Positions 1-9,247 of a stretch of DNA of 64,000 nucleotides are shown here, in pieces. The stretch is taken from assembly GCA_043810775.1 (NCBI GenBank), contig JBDRNU010000007.1:1-64000 (forward strand). Direction: 5' to 3'. Source of the stretch: an archaeon (GTDB taxonomy: Archaea; Nanobdellota; Nanobdellia; Pacearchaeales; GW2011-AR1). Positions within the stretch are counted from its first letter, which is position 1; every line of letters begins with the position of its first letter. A program made the position numbers and the translations under genes. The notes under the pieces are model-generated. The model saw nothing but the letters and a program-made list of their open reading frames with translations, had not been told where the DNA came from and did no database searches.

Positions 1-860
1 ACTACCTGCTTCATCTTGCTTTTTATAACATCACCTGCAGCAAACACTCCTTTTAAGCTAGTTTGCATTGAATCATCTGCAATAATATAATTATTCTCAT
101 CAGCCTTCAATCCTAAGCTATGTGTGATTATATTTAGTGGAGAGCTTCCAATTTCAATAAAAACACCTTCAAGTCTAAGTGTTTTGTTTTTGTTATTTTG
201 CTTAATTACTAAACTGTCTACCATTTCCTTCCCTTTAATTTCAATTGGAAGCGAATTAAAAAGAACTTCAATTTTTTTGCTTTTATTAATCTTATCAATT
301 AAAATCTGGTCTGCTCTTAATTTGTCTTTCCGGTATATAATATAAACTTTTTTGCTGTATTCTAAAAGCATCAGTGCAGCCTCGCAAGCTGAATTTGCCC
401 CCCCAATAACTGCAGTAGTTTTATCCTTGAAAAATAGCCCGTCACAAGTTGCACAATAGCTAACTCCCTTTCCTGTAAACTTTTTTTCACCCGGAATGCT
501 AAGTTTATTTCTTTCTAAGCCCAGCGCAACTATAACAGTTTTCCCCTGGATTTTCTTTTTATTTGTTTCAACTATGAAGTTTTTTTTATCTTGATAAATA
601 ATTTTTATTTCATCATCGATGAATTCAGCCCCAAACTTTCCAGCTTGTTGATGCATTTTTTTCATCAAATCATAAGCATTGCCTTCAAAGCCAGGATAAT
701 TATCAATTTTGCCGTAAGTAGAAGGCATTCCGCCGATAATTTTTCCAATAACTAATGCCTTTAAGCCATATCTTCCTGCATAAATAGCAGCTGATAATCC
801 TGCAGGCCCGGCTCCTAAAATTAGCACATCATAGCAACAAATCTTTTCTTTATCTGCCAT
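1..860 (-). CDS. trxB: Thioredoxin reductase (3' end runs off the window)
   Basis: Manual translation from ATG at 860: MADKEKICCYDVLILGAGPAGLSAAIY (FAD-binding GxGxxG), SYCATCDG redox motif, VIGGANSA NADPH-binding motif. Not in the ORF track because it is truncated. Confidence 0.93.
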   Translation of the reverse strand, partial: MADKEKICCYDVLILGAGPAGLSAAIYAGRYGLKALVIGKIIGGMPSTYGKIDNYPGFEGNAYDLMKKMHQQAGKFGAEFIDDEIKIIYQDKKNFIVETNKKKIQGKTVIVALGLERNKLSIPGEKKFTGKGVSYCATCDGLFFKDKTTAVIGGANSACEAALMLLEYSKKVYIIYRKDKLRADQILIDKINKSKKIEVLFNSLPIEIKGKEMVDSLVIKQNNKNKTLRLEGVFIEIGSSPLNIITHSLGLKADENNYIIADDSMQTSLKGVFAAGDVIKSKMKQV

Positions 861-930
861 AATTGTATTAATTAAAGTCTATATTTAAAGCTTAACCATT
901 TTAAGTAATATTTATAAAGCTGATTTAATC

Positions 931-1239
931 TTGGTTTTTATGGTTTATAAACTGAAAGATTTTATTCAAGAAAGTTTAAATCATCCAATATTTCCTAAAG
1001 GGCTTCCAGATGGAGTGGAGCCTGAAGAAGCAGCTCAGATTTTACTGGAGCAAGAAGTAGAGCTTACTCCTTGTCCTGCAAATGATTCTTGGTTTTCTGG
1101 ATGGTTTCCTAAAACAGTAACTACAGCTGATGGAGAAAAATTATTTGAAATTTCAGCTAAAGGATGTCCTCTTGAAGGAATGAGTTACGCATTGGAATTT
1201 ACAGATTTAGCTCGTTCTTATCTCGGAAAAAAACAATAA
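931..1239 (+). CDS. Hypothetical protein (start probably ATG 940)
   Basis: 102-aa ORF with an upstream TATA-like element (tttataaa); no recognisable motif. Confidence 0.6.
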   Translation: MVFMVYKLKDFIQESLNHPIFPKGLPDGVEPEEAAQILLEQEVELTPCPANDSWFSGWFPKTVTTADGEKLFEISAKGCPLEGMSYALEFTDLARSYLGKKQ

Positions 1240-1285
1240 CAGAAATATATACACAAACTATTTAAATACATTTGCCTTGATTAAT

Positions 1286-1427
1286 GCATGAACGCAGACA
1301 TACAAAAGAGCGTGAGATGGAATTCTTCACTTTTAACTAGTGGATATAATGTCTGCGGTGCAAATAAATTTAAACCAATGACCTTCTAAGCTACACCATT
1401 TTTCTCTTGGTTGAAGTTTAGAAGGAG
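1286..1427 (+). promoter_or_regulatory. Structured 5' leader with two hairpins; the second overlaps the RBS of 1440
   Basis: cgcagacat(1293-1301)/atgtctgcg(1349-1357) and ccttctaagct(1382-1392)/agtttagaagg(1415-1425); TATA tttaaata at 1261. Confidence 0.45.
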
Positions 1428-1439
1428 AATATTTCTAAA

Positions 1440-1808
1440 ATGTTAATAAATAATGATATCACATGTATTGAATGTAAAGAAGCTATTTATAATCCTCTTT
1501 GTCCCTTTTGCCTAGCAGAAGGTGTAGAGGCATGGCTGGAAAATAAAACTACAACTGTGAGGCGTGTTGTAGCAAATGAAATTAAACGAGTCCTAAGGGC
1601 AAGAAAGTTCTCGAATTCTGTGCAATGTGTTGCATGTAATCAAAATAGAACTTTCCTCTGCCCTTACTGCTTTACCGAGGTAATATATTATAAATTAAAA
1701 GAGATTAAAGTATCTCAGGAGGTCTTGGAAGAGTTTATGGCTTTATTTAATTTTGATTTTGAGCATGGTGGCTATTATAAAGATGCAGAAAAGTTAGGGA
1801 TAGTTTAA
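1440..1808 (+). CDS. Cys-rich putative zinc-binding protein
   Basis: Two CxxC...CPxC units (CIEC/CPFC and CVAC/CPYC); GGAG RBS upstream. Confidence 0.7.
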   Translation: MLINNDITCIECKEAIYNPLCPFCLAEGVEAWLENKTTTVRRVVANEIKRVLRARKFSNSVQCVACNQNRTFLCPYCFTEVIYYKLKEIKVSQEVLEEFMALFNFDFEHGGYYKDAEKLGIV

Positions 1809-1894
1809 TTTTCCTATGCATCTTTATGCCACTTTTTTTATAGCATGTGCCTTGATTTAGATAATTTTATAATCTCTATTTTTATCTTTAGTGT

Positions 1895-2779
1895 ATGAAA
1901 CTAAAATCCTTAGTATTATTTTCAGGAGGATTAGATAGCAGGCTAGCTGCTATGATAATGCAAGCTCAGTCTCAAGTAATTTTATTTCACGTCAAGCTTC
2001 CATTTTCACAAAAAGATAATACTAAAGAAATCAAGAACTTTGCCAGGAAGCAAAACTTCCAGCTGATAACTAAAGATTTTACTAAGGGAAAAAATTTTCA
2101 AGATTATCTAAATCTTATCAGAAAGCCAAAATACAAGCGAGGTTCTAGCTTAAATCCCTGTATTGACTGTCACGCATTTATCATTAAGCTAGCTAAAAAA
2201 TATGCAGATAAGAATAATATCAAGATTATCGCAACTGGCGAAGTTCTAGGCGAGCGTCCCCTAAGCCAGCATAAAAAAGCTCTCCTATTAGTTGAACAAG
2301 AAGCAGGATTAACAGGCAGGTTATTGCGCCCTCTTTCTGCAAAGTTGCTTGAAGAAACCGAAGCTGAGAAAAAAGGATTAATAGATAGAAACAAGCTTTT
2401 AGACATTGAAGGCAGAAAAAGAAATAAGCAAATTGCCCTGGCTCTTAAGTATAATATGTCCTATCCACAGCCAGCAGGTGGCTGTCTTCTTTGTGAAAAG
2501 GATTTTGTAAAAAAGCTAAAGCCTTTTTTAAAGGATAATTTAAAATTTCAGGATATTGAGTTGCTTAAAATTGGACGCCATTTTCACAATTCTGAAATAA
2601 TTTTAGGAAAAAATCAGGCTGAAAATGAATCTCTTGAAAAGCTTCCAGGAATAAAGCTAATTCCTATTCAGCCAGGACCTACTGCTTTTATTAAAAGAAA
2701 GGAGCTTGAAATTGAAGCTCGCAGGCTAATTCAGAAATATTCTAAGCATAAAATTAAGGGATTTAAAGTAATCAATTAA
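1895..2779 (+). CDS. PP-loop tRNA thiouridine synthase-like protein (ThiI/MnmA-related, no THUMP domain)
   Basis: SGGLDS PP-loop, NPCIDCH, TGEVLGERPLSQ, LLRPLSAKLL and PAGGCLL motifs. Confidence 0.8.
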   Translation: MKLKSLVLFSGGLDSRLAAMIMQAQSQVILFHVKLPFSQKDNTKEIKNFARKQNFQLITKDFTKGKNFQDYLNLIRKPKYKRGSSLNPCIDCHAFIIKLAKKYADKNNIKIIATGEVLGERPLSQHKKALLLVEQEAGLTGRLLRPLSAKLLEETEAEKKGLIDRNKLLDIEGRKRNKQIALALKYNMSYPQPAGGCLLCEKDFVKKLKPFLKDNLKFQDIELLKIGRHFHNSEIILGKNQAENESLEKLPGIKLIPIQPGPTAFIKRKELEIEARRLIQKYSKHKIKGFKVIN

Positions 2780-2819
2780 GAATAATAATTCTTATAAACT
2801 CCTGATTTAATTCATTTCC

Positions 2820-3185
2820 ATGTCAGGATTAGATTTAAAATTAGGTCAGAATTATGATATTAAAGTATCTTTTAATTCTTATCCAGGAAGTTTCAGTTAT
2901 CTTGATGTAGTAGGTCATGAATGGATATATTGTGGAAACCATCCTTTCGGGCATGTTTTTGTTGCAAACCCAACTGATACTGATAATCAACCAACCAATG
3001 AAATGAGAGTTGCTTATCTTCATGAGAAAAGTCTTTCTGTTAAAGGAGCTGAAGTTGATTATATATCTGATGAGTCCCCAATGATTATTATACCAAAAAA
3101 AGGTATATTGAATAGGCTATTAAGAAGAAGCTTATCAAAAAGATTAGCAAAAGCTTTAGAAGCTAGAGTTAAAGAATCTGATTAA
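2820..3185 (+). CDS. Hypothetical protein
   Basis: 121-aa ATG ORF with an upstream TATA-like element. Confidence 0.6.
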   Translation: MSGLDLKLGQNYDIKVSFNSYPGSFSYLDVVGHEWIYCGNHPFGHVFVANPTDTDNQPTNEMRVAYLHEKSLSVKGAEVDYISDESPMIIIPKKGILNRLLRRSLSKRLAKALEARVKESD

Positions 3186-3777
3186 TATCAACAATATCCT
3201 CAACAATAAAATCAGGCTCAGCTTCAATTAACTCTTTTCTTGAATTCCACGCGCACTTTCCGCTTACAACTGCACCAATAATTCCCAGATTCCTGGCAAG
3301 CTTAATATCAGCTATCCTGTCTCCAACATACATAACTTCATCTTTTTTTAGCTTGTTTTTTTTCAAGTAATCAGAGATAAAATCCTGCTTGTCACTAAAA
3401 TTATCACCTCCATAAATTTCAGAAAAATATTTCATAAGCTTTAGTCTGTTGACTATAGGGATGATAAAATCAAGTGTTGAATTTGAAATTAAAATCTTCT
3501 CAGTCTTTACTTTTCCAATTGCATCAGCATCTCTGCATTTTCTTACATTATCAAGATTCTTAAAAACATCTTTCATAATTTTCCTTTTAACAAGCCATTT
3601 TTTCAACTTGCTAAAACCAAGCTCATTAAGAAAATGTTCTAATTGTCCGCCTTTATTCACTAGCTCATCAATCTGCTTAACTGATAAATTAGTTATATTT
3701 TTCTTAAAAGAATTATAATATATTGCCTTGCTATCTACAATTGTACCATCAAAGTCAAAAATTACTAGCTTAATCAT
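3169..3777 (-). CDS. HAD-superfamily hydrolase (phosphoglycolate phosphatase-like)
   Basis: FDFDGTIVDS motif I, SNS motif II, YVGDRIADI motif IV. Confidence 0.9.
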   Translation of the reverse strand: MIKLVIFDFDGTIVDSKAIYYNSFKKNITNLSVKQIDELVNKGGQLEHFLNELGFSKLKKWLVKRKIMKDVFKNLDNVRKCRDADAIGKVKTEKILISNSTLDFIIPIVNRLKLMKYFSEIYGGDNFSDKQDFISDYLKKNKLKKDEVMYVGDRIADIKLARNLGIIGAVVSGKCAWNSRKELIEAEPDFIVEDIVDINQIL

Positions 3778-3783
3778 CCTATT

Positions 3784-5817
3784 TTATTTCTTGCTTCTAT
3801 TTAAGAATTCTCTAATAAACTTATTATGTTCATCTCTGTCCCTTATATCTTTAATCGCGAAAGTCTTGGTATCTCCTTGGTGTTTCATTTCAGTTTTAAT
3901 CTCGCTCATTACCCTGTTTCTCACTTCTTCAGACAATAGAACATCACTTTCAGCAAGCTGGGAAATCTTCTTGCTTAGTCCAATAGTATTTCCTAAGCTT
4001 GTAAACTGTAGCTTATTCTTGTCTTTCTTGGCAATTATATCTCCTGCATGAACTCCAATTCCAAAATCAATCTTTTCCTTAAATTTGCTATTATGCTCAT
4101 TAAGTTCAGATGCCATTTCCCTGGCTACTTTAGAAGCTATGATTTCATTTTTAAAAGTTCTAGTTAGGCTTGGTGTAAATATTCCAAAGATATTATCACC
4201 AGATTTATACACACTTCCCTTTTTGCTGGTTATATGCTCCAGACTCTTGATTATATTTTGAAATGCATTTCCTTTGCTTTTTGAAAGCTCGTTTAAATTT
4301 TTAATCTTCAGGTTTAATATGCTTGCTTTTTCCTTGTTTCCTCCATGAACAAGTGAGTGCTCAGCTTCTTTATGAGCATGGGGAATAACTAGACTAGAAT
4401 AATCTTCTTTCTCCGATTTACTTGCCTGCATTTGCTTTTTCCCCTCCACTTTTTCAGCTTTTTTCAAACTGCCTGAGCCTCTGTTAGGCAGATAAGCATG
4501 AAATCTTTTTTTAGTGACTCTCTCAATCATCATCAGCATAAACAATCCTACAACTACTACTAAAAACAGCCAGACTATAGGATACCTGTTAATCAGTCCA
4601 GCCTGCTTTCTTATATCCATTACCCCTATAATATTTCCAGTTAAAGTAACCTGGCTCAAGTCAATTGAGGAGCTTCCATCAGTCACACTAACCTGATAAT
4701 TGCCATCAGGAGCCACAAGTCTGAATCTTCTGCTTTCACCAATATCTAAATCAAGTTCCCTTATTTCAACATCATTTCCAATTGCAATTTGAACAGCTTT
4801 CCTATAAGGAACATTGCCCATATTAGTAACAATTAAGGTATCATTAATAATTTTAAATTCAGCATCTTCATACTCTTCAATATAAAATAATCTCTCTTTT
4901 TTCAGGTCTTTTGAAGAAGCAATTATTTTCCAGTATCCTGCGCTTGTATTTTTATCTGTGCTGTAGACAATCATATCTTCATTTTTGGCAAGTTTTTCAA
5001 AAACAACATCATCCCATATATCTAAAATCTTGATACTAATATCTCCAGTAAGTTTATTGCTCGCTTGGTCATAAATAGTGATTTTAAAGCTAACATTCTC
5101 CCCAGGCTTTAAAGTCTGGGTATTCATTGCAATTTCTAATCCGCTGGCAGTCTGCCTTAAATTTATTCCTGTGCTTGCTGAGCCTTGGTTGGCTATTTCT
5201 CCGTCAATTTTTTCATAAGCCCTAATATTTATAATATAATTTCCTGAGCTGAGAGTTTTTGGCAGTGAAAAATTCGCTTGGAAATTTCCACCAGTAACAG
5301 ATCTTGTTATCTTTATGTCGCTATTTTCAACCACTATCTCAACAAATCCTTCTAAAGGCTGCCCATTAGCTTTTATTGCAGTTCCCTTGACAACTGTCTG
5401 AGTTCCTGCAGTTATTTCTATGCTGTCAAGATTAGCCACAACATCAATTTTATCACTAATTAAAAAAGAAGAAGTTGCATCAAAGTCATCTTTATATCTT
5501 GCTTCAATATTACAGCTTCCTTTGATGTCTCCTAAAAAAGACTTTGATAAAGATAATCCAATATCAATTGTCTCTTCACTTCCTGCACTAAGAGTTAAAG
5601 GAAGAACATAAAATTCCTTGCTTTTATTTTCACATACTAAAGTTAGCCTTAAAATATCATCAGTAGTGCTTAAAGCTTTTACAGCAACATTAAGCTCAAT
5701 ATTATCTCCAAGACTATACAAAGAGTCAGGTTGAGAAAGCATAACTTCTGCAGCTGCCGAATAAACTAATAATGCTATTAATACTGCCGTGAAAATAAAA
5801 ATAATTGATTTCCCCAT
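3784..5817 (-). CDS. Single-pass membrane protein with beta-rich ectodomain and degenerate class III nucleotide cyclase domain
   Basis: Signal peptide, TM helix IVWLFLVVVVGLFMLMMI, C-terminal YKSGDNIFGIF...FGIGVHAGDII...FTSLGNTI...VLLSEEV. Confidence 0.7.
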   Translation of the reverse strand: MGKSIIFIFTAVLIALLVYSAAAEVMLSQPDSLYSLGDNIELNVAVKALSTTDDILRLTLVCENKSKEFYVLPLTLSAGSEETIDIGLSLSKSFLGDIKGSCNIEARYKDDFDATSSFLISDKIDVVANLDSIEITAGTQTVVKGTAIKANGQPLEGFVEIVVENSDIKITRSVTGGNFQANFSLPKTLSSGNYIINIRAYEKIDGEIANQGSASTGINLRQTASGLEIAMNTQTLKPGENVSFKITIYDQASNKLTGDISIKILDIWDDVVFEKLAKNEDMIVYSTDKNTSAGYWKIIASSKDLKKERLFYIEEYEDAEFKIINDTLIVTNMGNVPYRKAVQIAIGNDVEIRELDLDIGESRRFRLVAPDGNYQVSVTDGSSSIDLSQVTLTGNIIGVMDIRKQAGLINRYPIVWLFLVVVVGLFMLMMIERVTKKRFHAYLPNRGSGSLKKAEKVEGKKQMQASKSEKEDYSSLVIPHAHKEAEHSLVHGGNKEKASILNLKIKNLNELSKSKGNAFQNIIKSLEHITSKKGSVYKSGDNIFGIFTPSLTRTFKNEIIASKVAREMASELNEHNSKFKEKIDFGIGVHAGDIIAKKDKNKLQFTSLGNTIGLSKKISQLAESDVLLSEEVRNRVMSEIKTEMKHQGDTKTFAIKDIRDRDEHNKFIREFLNRSKK

Positions 5818-5889
5818 TTTTATCTTATGTGATTAATAGATATTCGTAGCTATTTAAAGTTTTTCAAAGCATAATTTTATAAATACTCA

Positions 5890-7035
5890 GTGATAAAAAT
5901 ATCTATGTCAAGAGGTTTTAAAGTAACGCCTTATGAGGTTCAAGGAGAGGTTGATTATGGAAAACTGATTAAACAGTTTGGGGTTTCTAAATTAGATGAT
6001 AAAACTCTTAAAAGAATTGAGAAACACGCTGGAGAGATGCACTTATTTTTAAGGAGGGGGGTATTTTTTGCACATAGAGACTTAAACTGGCTTTTAGATG
6101 AATATGAAAAAGGTAATAAGTTCTTTCTTTATACTGGTAGAGCCTCATCAAAAGGTAGTAAGGTCCATATAGGCCACTTAATGCCCTGGATGATGTGCAA
6201 GTGGCTGCAAGAAAAGTTTGATGTTGATTTCTGGTTTCAGTTTCCAGATGAGGAAAAATTCCTGTATAAACAAGATGTAACCTTAGAAGACACAGAAAAA
6301 GCAACAAGAGAAGATATGCTTGATGTTATTGCTCTTGGTTTTGATTCAAAAAAGACAAATTTTCTAATTGACACTAAACACGCGGGAATTATGTATCCAG
6401 AAGCTTGCAAAGTCGCCAAAAAAATAACTTTCTCAACTATCAAAGCCAGTTTTGGATTTAATGATACTAATAATATAGGGAGCATTTTTTATACCGCAAT
6501 GCAGGCTGTTCCTGCCTTTCTTCCATCTGTATTAAAAGGAAAGAAAATTCCCTGTTTAATTCCTTTAGGAATTGATCAAGATACTCATTTTAGAATATCA
6601 AGGGATGTTATGCCTAAATTAGGGCATTATAAACCAGCGATTATTCATAATGTTTTTCTGCCACCATTAACAGGAATTGGAGGTAAGATGGCTGCTTCAG
6701 GAGCAGTTGATGCTTCAATTTGGACTACAGATACAGAAAAAGAAGTTGAAAGAAAAATAAAAAAATATGCTTTCTCAGGAGGGCAAGCCACTATTGAGGA
6801 GCACAGGAAAAAGGGAGGCAACCCAGATATTGATGTCTCTTTCCAGTATTTGAGGATGTTTTTCGAGCCTTCTGACCAGAAGCTGGCCAAGATTTACCAA
6901 GATTACAAGTCTGGAAAAATGCTTACTTCTGAATTAAAGGAGATTTTAATAGAAAAAGTAAACGCATTTCTTAAGGAACATCAGAAAAAAAGAAAATTAG
7001 CAGAAAAACAGATTGATAAATTTATATTTAAATGA
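5890..7035 (+). CDS. trpS: Tryptophanyl-tRNA synthetase, archaeal/eukaryotic type (start probably 5905)
   Basis: DYGKLIKQFG, LRRGVFFAHRD, HIGH, IDQDTHFR, KMAAS, KYAFSGGQ. Confidence 0.95.
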   Translation: MIKISMSRGFKVTPYEVQGEVDYGKLIKQFGVSKLDDKTLKRIEKHAGEMHLFLRRGVFFAHRDLNWLLDEYEKGNKFFLYTGRASSKGSKVHIGHLMPWMMCKWLQEKFDVDFWFQFPDEEKFLYKQDVTLEDTEKATREDMLDVIALGFDSKKTNFLIDTKHAGIMYPEACKVAKKITFSTIKASFGFNDTNNIGSIFYTAMQAVPAFLPSVLKGKKIPCLIPLGIDQDTHFRISRDVMPKLGHYKPAIIHNVFLPPLTGIGGKMAASGAVDASIWTTDTEKEVERKIKKYAFSGGQATIEEHRKKGGNPDIDVSFQYLRMFFEPSDQKLAKIYQDYKSGKMLTSELKEILIEKVNAFLKEHQKKRKLAEKQIDKFIFK

Positions 7036-7042
7036 TTAAAGC

Positions 7043-7203
7043 TTGATTATCTATTAACTAACTCCTGTAGGAAGTTAATGCGTTGTGCTGATAAGCACGA
7101 CAGTTGGCAACCTCCTAAACCGCAAAAATGCGTGTTCATTCTTGCATTTTTGGGGCACAGAGTAGCGAAACATCAGTGAGCTACTCTGTTGGGTTGATTA
7201 TCT
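7043..7203. mobile_element. Short structured insert flanked by a 10-bp direct repeat (MITE/REP-like element or ncRNA)
   Basis: ttgattatct at 7043-7052 and 7194-7203; four hairpins inside (attaact/agttaat, gttgtgct/agcacgac, caaaaatgc/gcatttttg, acagagtagc/gctactctgt). Confidence 0.55.
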
Positions 7204-8205
7204 GATTTTTCCGTCAACAGCCACTTTTCCACCAACATGCACTCCTGCTTTAGTAATTTCAAATGAAAATATTTCAGTTGAATGGTTAGTTCCCCTCATT
7301 TTAAGCACCTCAATTAATCTTCTTCTCCTGTTTTTTAGCCTTATAAAATAAAGCAGAATAATACTGTCAGCTTCAAACTCCAAGCTTGTTGAAGAGCCCT
7401 CTTCCCTATATACTGGGTCTTCTTGCAAAGTCAATAAAGAGGTGCACTCCCAATTCCTTATTATATCAAATAATTGCAGAGCCGCCTCTCTTTTTGTCAG
7501 CTCATCCTTAAAAAGCAAAGCAAAACTAGAAACAGAGTCAATTACAAGTCTTGTAATTTTATGCTTTAAAATTATGCTTTCTACAGTGCCTCCCCCCTCT
7601 TCAAGCATGACTCTTATTTTTTCAGGAGAATACTCTAAAAATACAAATTTCCCTTCTTTCTCTAGTTTATCCAAGTCCCAGCCAAATTTAAGCATATTCC
7701 TAAAGAACTCTTCCTTTTTTTCTTCAAAAGTAATGTACAAGCAATTTTCATTATTTTTTATACCTTCAATTAAAAATTGCATTGCAAAAATAGTTTTTCC
7801 GCCTCCACTATTTCCCACAACTAGATTCACAGAATTTTCTTCAAATCCTCCCCCAATAATCCTGTCAAATCCATGAATGCCAGAAGGAACTCTTCGCAAT
7901 TTAACAGGTTTATTTTCCTTAATTTTTTTCCCAGATTTTTTGCTTTTAACCTCTTTTTTAACAGGCCTTTCAGCAAACTTAAAAGCAGTATCAATATCCT
8001 TTCCATCCCACTCTTTAGCCAGCAGTGCTTTCTTAATGTCACTCTTGCTGTAACCTTTAGCTAAAGCATCTTTAATATAAGGGACTAGCTGGTTGTTGCT
8101 TCCAGATCCGGAACTTTTTTTCGCTCTTTTTACCCTGGATTTGGAGCTCTTTTTAGGTTTAGTTTTAGAACTCTTTTTATGAGATTTCTTTTTCCCCTTT
8201 TTCAT
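7198..8205 (-). CDS. KaiC/RAD55-like RecA-fold ATPase with Lys-rich and helical N-terminal extension
   Basis: VPSGIHGFDRIIGGG, Walker A GNSGGGKT, YITFEE, RLVIDSVS, VLKMRGT. Confidence 0.88.
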   Translation of the reverse strand: MKKGKKKSHKKSSKTKPKKSSKSRVKRAKKSSGSGSNNQLVPYIKDALAKGYSKSDIKKALLAKEWDGKDIDTAFKFAERPVKKEVKSKKSGKKIKENKPVKLRRVPSGIHGFDRIIGGGFEENSVNLVVGNSGGGKTIFAMQFLIEGIKNNENCLYITFEEKKEEFFRNMLKFGWDLDKLEKEGKFVFLEYSPEKIRVMLEEGGGTVESIILKHKITRLVIDSVSSFALLFKDELTKREAALQLFDIIRNWECTSLLTLQEDPVYREEGSSTSLEFEADSIILLYFIRLKNRRRRLIEVLKMRGTNHSTEIFSFEITKAGVHVGGKVAVDGKIR

Positions 8206-8236
8206 AGTATACTAAAAAAGAATTAGCTTATAAACC

Positions 8237-9247
8237 TTACTTTACCATTGAAAAACTTGAAGCTACAAACTTGAATAAGACAGTTCTTATCATGAAGAAT
8301 ATTGCCAGGCTTAATGCTAGCATTGGCAGCAAATATCTTAAGCCCTCTTTTTCATCACCTTTATTTACAAGCCCTATTATTAAACTAGCTAGCACATCTG
8401 TGATAATCATAAATATTACTGAAAACCAGATAATAAAACTAATTGAAATATCAAGAGCATTAAACTGGAAAGGAGTCTTCACAGAAGTGGCAGCAGTTGT
8501 AGCTGTTTCAGGAAAGCTTCCTATTATCTCAATTATTACCTGCACAAGAATAGAGCTTAAGCCAAATAATATTGGAGCTCCGATTGAAGCTGCAAAGAAA
8601 ATAAATATTACATACATCACAATATTTGAAGCAGCTCTTTTCTCAATAAACTCTTTTTCACGCATATTGTTTGCGGTTTCTTCAAGCAAAGTGGAAATAT
8701 TTCCTCCAGCTTTTATTCCAGAAATAATAAGCATAATAGTCTTGTGGATTTTTTCTGAACCTATTCTTTTTGACATATCCATCATTGCACTTCCAACATC
8801 TTTTCCAGTAGTAACATCTCTTCCAGCTTTGCTCATTTCTTGGTCCAAAGGGGCAAATTCAGGTCTGGCTGAAAGCAAAAAAGCCCTGTCAATAGTCAAG
8901 CCAGCTCTTAAATTACTAGACATAAGCTGCACTACATCTGGAAATATAAATTCCATTTTCTTGATTCTTGCGTCAGCTTGCAAGAAAACTTTAAAGTAAA
9001 AGAAAACATTTATTAAAATATAACTTACAAAAAAAGTTAAAATTACATTTATGAATAAGTTTCCCTCAAATACAGCCCTCCCAATAATATCAAGCAAAAA
9101 TATCAGGCTTGAAATTACTAAAGAAATTAGCAGGCTTCCAACAATTAGGTTTGACTGGTATCTTTCAGGATTTTCTATTCCAGCTTTTGTGCTAAGACTA
9201 AGTAATTTATTCCTAAAGATTCTTGGATAAATTTTAAGAATTTTCAT
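8237..9247 (-). CDS. Type IV pilus platform protein (T2SS-F/TadC/FlaJ-like)
   Basis: FPDVVQLMSSNLRAGLTIDRA, GGNISTLLEETA; multiple TM helices. Confidence 0.88.
   Translation of the reverse strand: MKILKIYPRIFRNKLLSLSTKAGIENPERYQSNLIVGSLLISLVISSLIFLLDIIGRAVFEGNLFINVILTFFVSYILINVFFYFKVFLQADARIKKMEFIFPDVVQLMSSNLRAGLTIDRAFLLSARPEFAPLDQEMSKAGRDVTTGKDVGSAMMDMSKRIGSEKIHKTIMLIISGIKAGGNISTLLEETANNMREKEFIEKRAASNIVMYVIFIFFAASIGAPILFGLSSILVQVIIEIIGSFPETATTAATSVKTPFQFNALDISISFIIWFSVIFMIITDVLASLIIGLVNKGDEKEGLRYLLPMLALSLAIFFMIRTVLFKFVASSFSMVK

Noticed and set aside
124-345. Antisense ORF over trxB, representative of many shadow ORFs (e.g. 8271..8999, 42749..43171, 56552..56929)
   Set aside because: They lie opposite well-supported genes and show Ser/Phe/Leu-rich antisense composition.
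7053-7193. Element A as hammerhead ribozyme, integron attC, SRP RNA or 5S rRNA
   Set aside because: CTGATG and GAAAC are on opposite strands; the AAC...GTT spacing is too short for attC; no SRP helix 8 or 5S conserved motifs are present.
7198-8205. Circadian KaiC or archaellum FlaH
   Set aside because: Single ATPase domain, no KaiB, and no archaellin or FlaF/G genes in the window.
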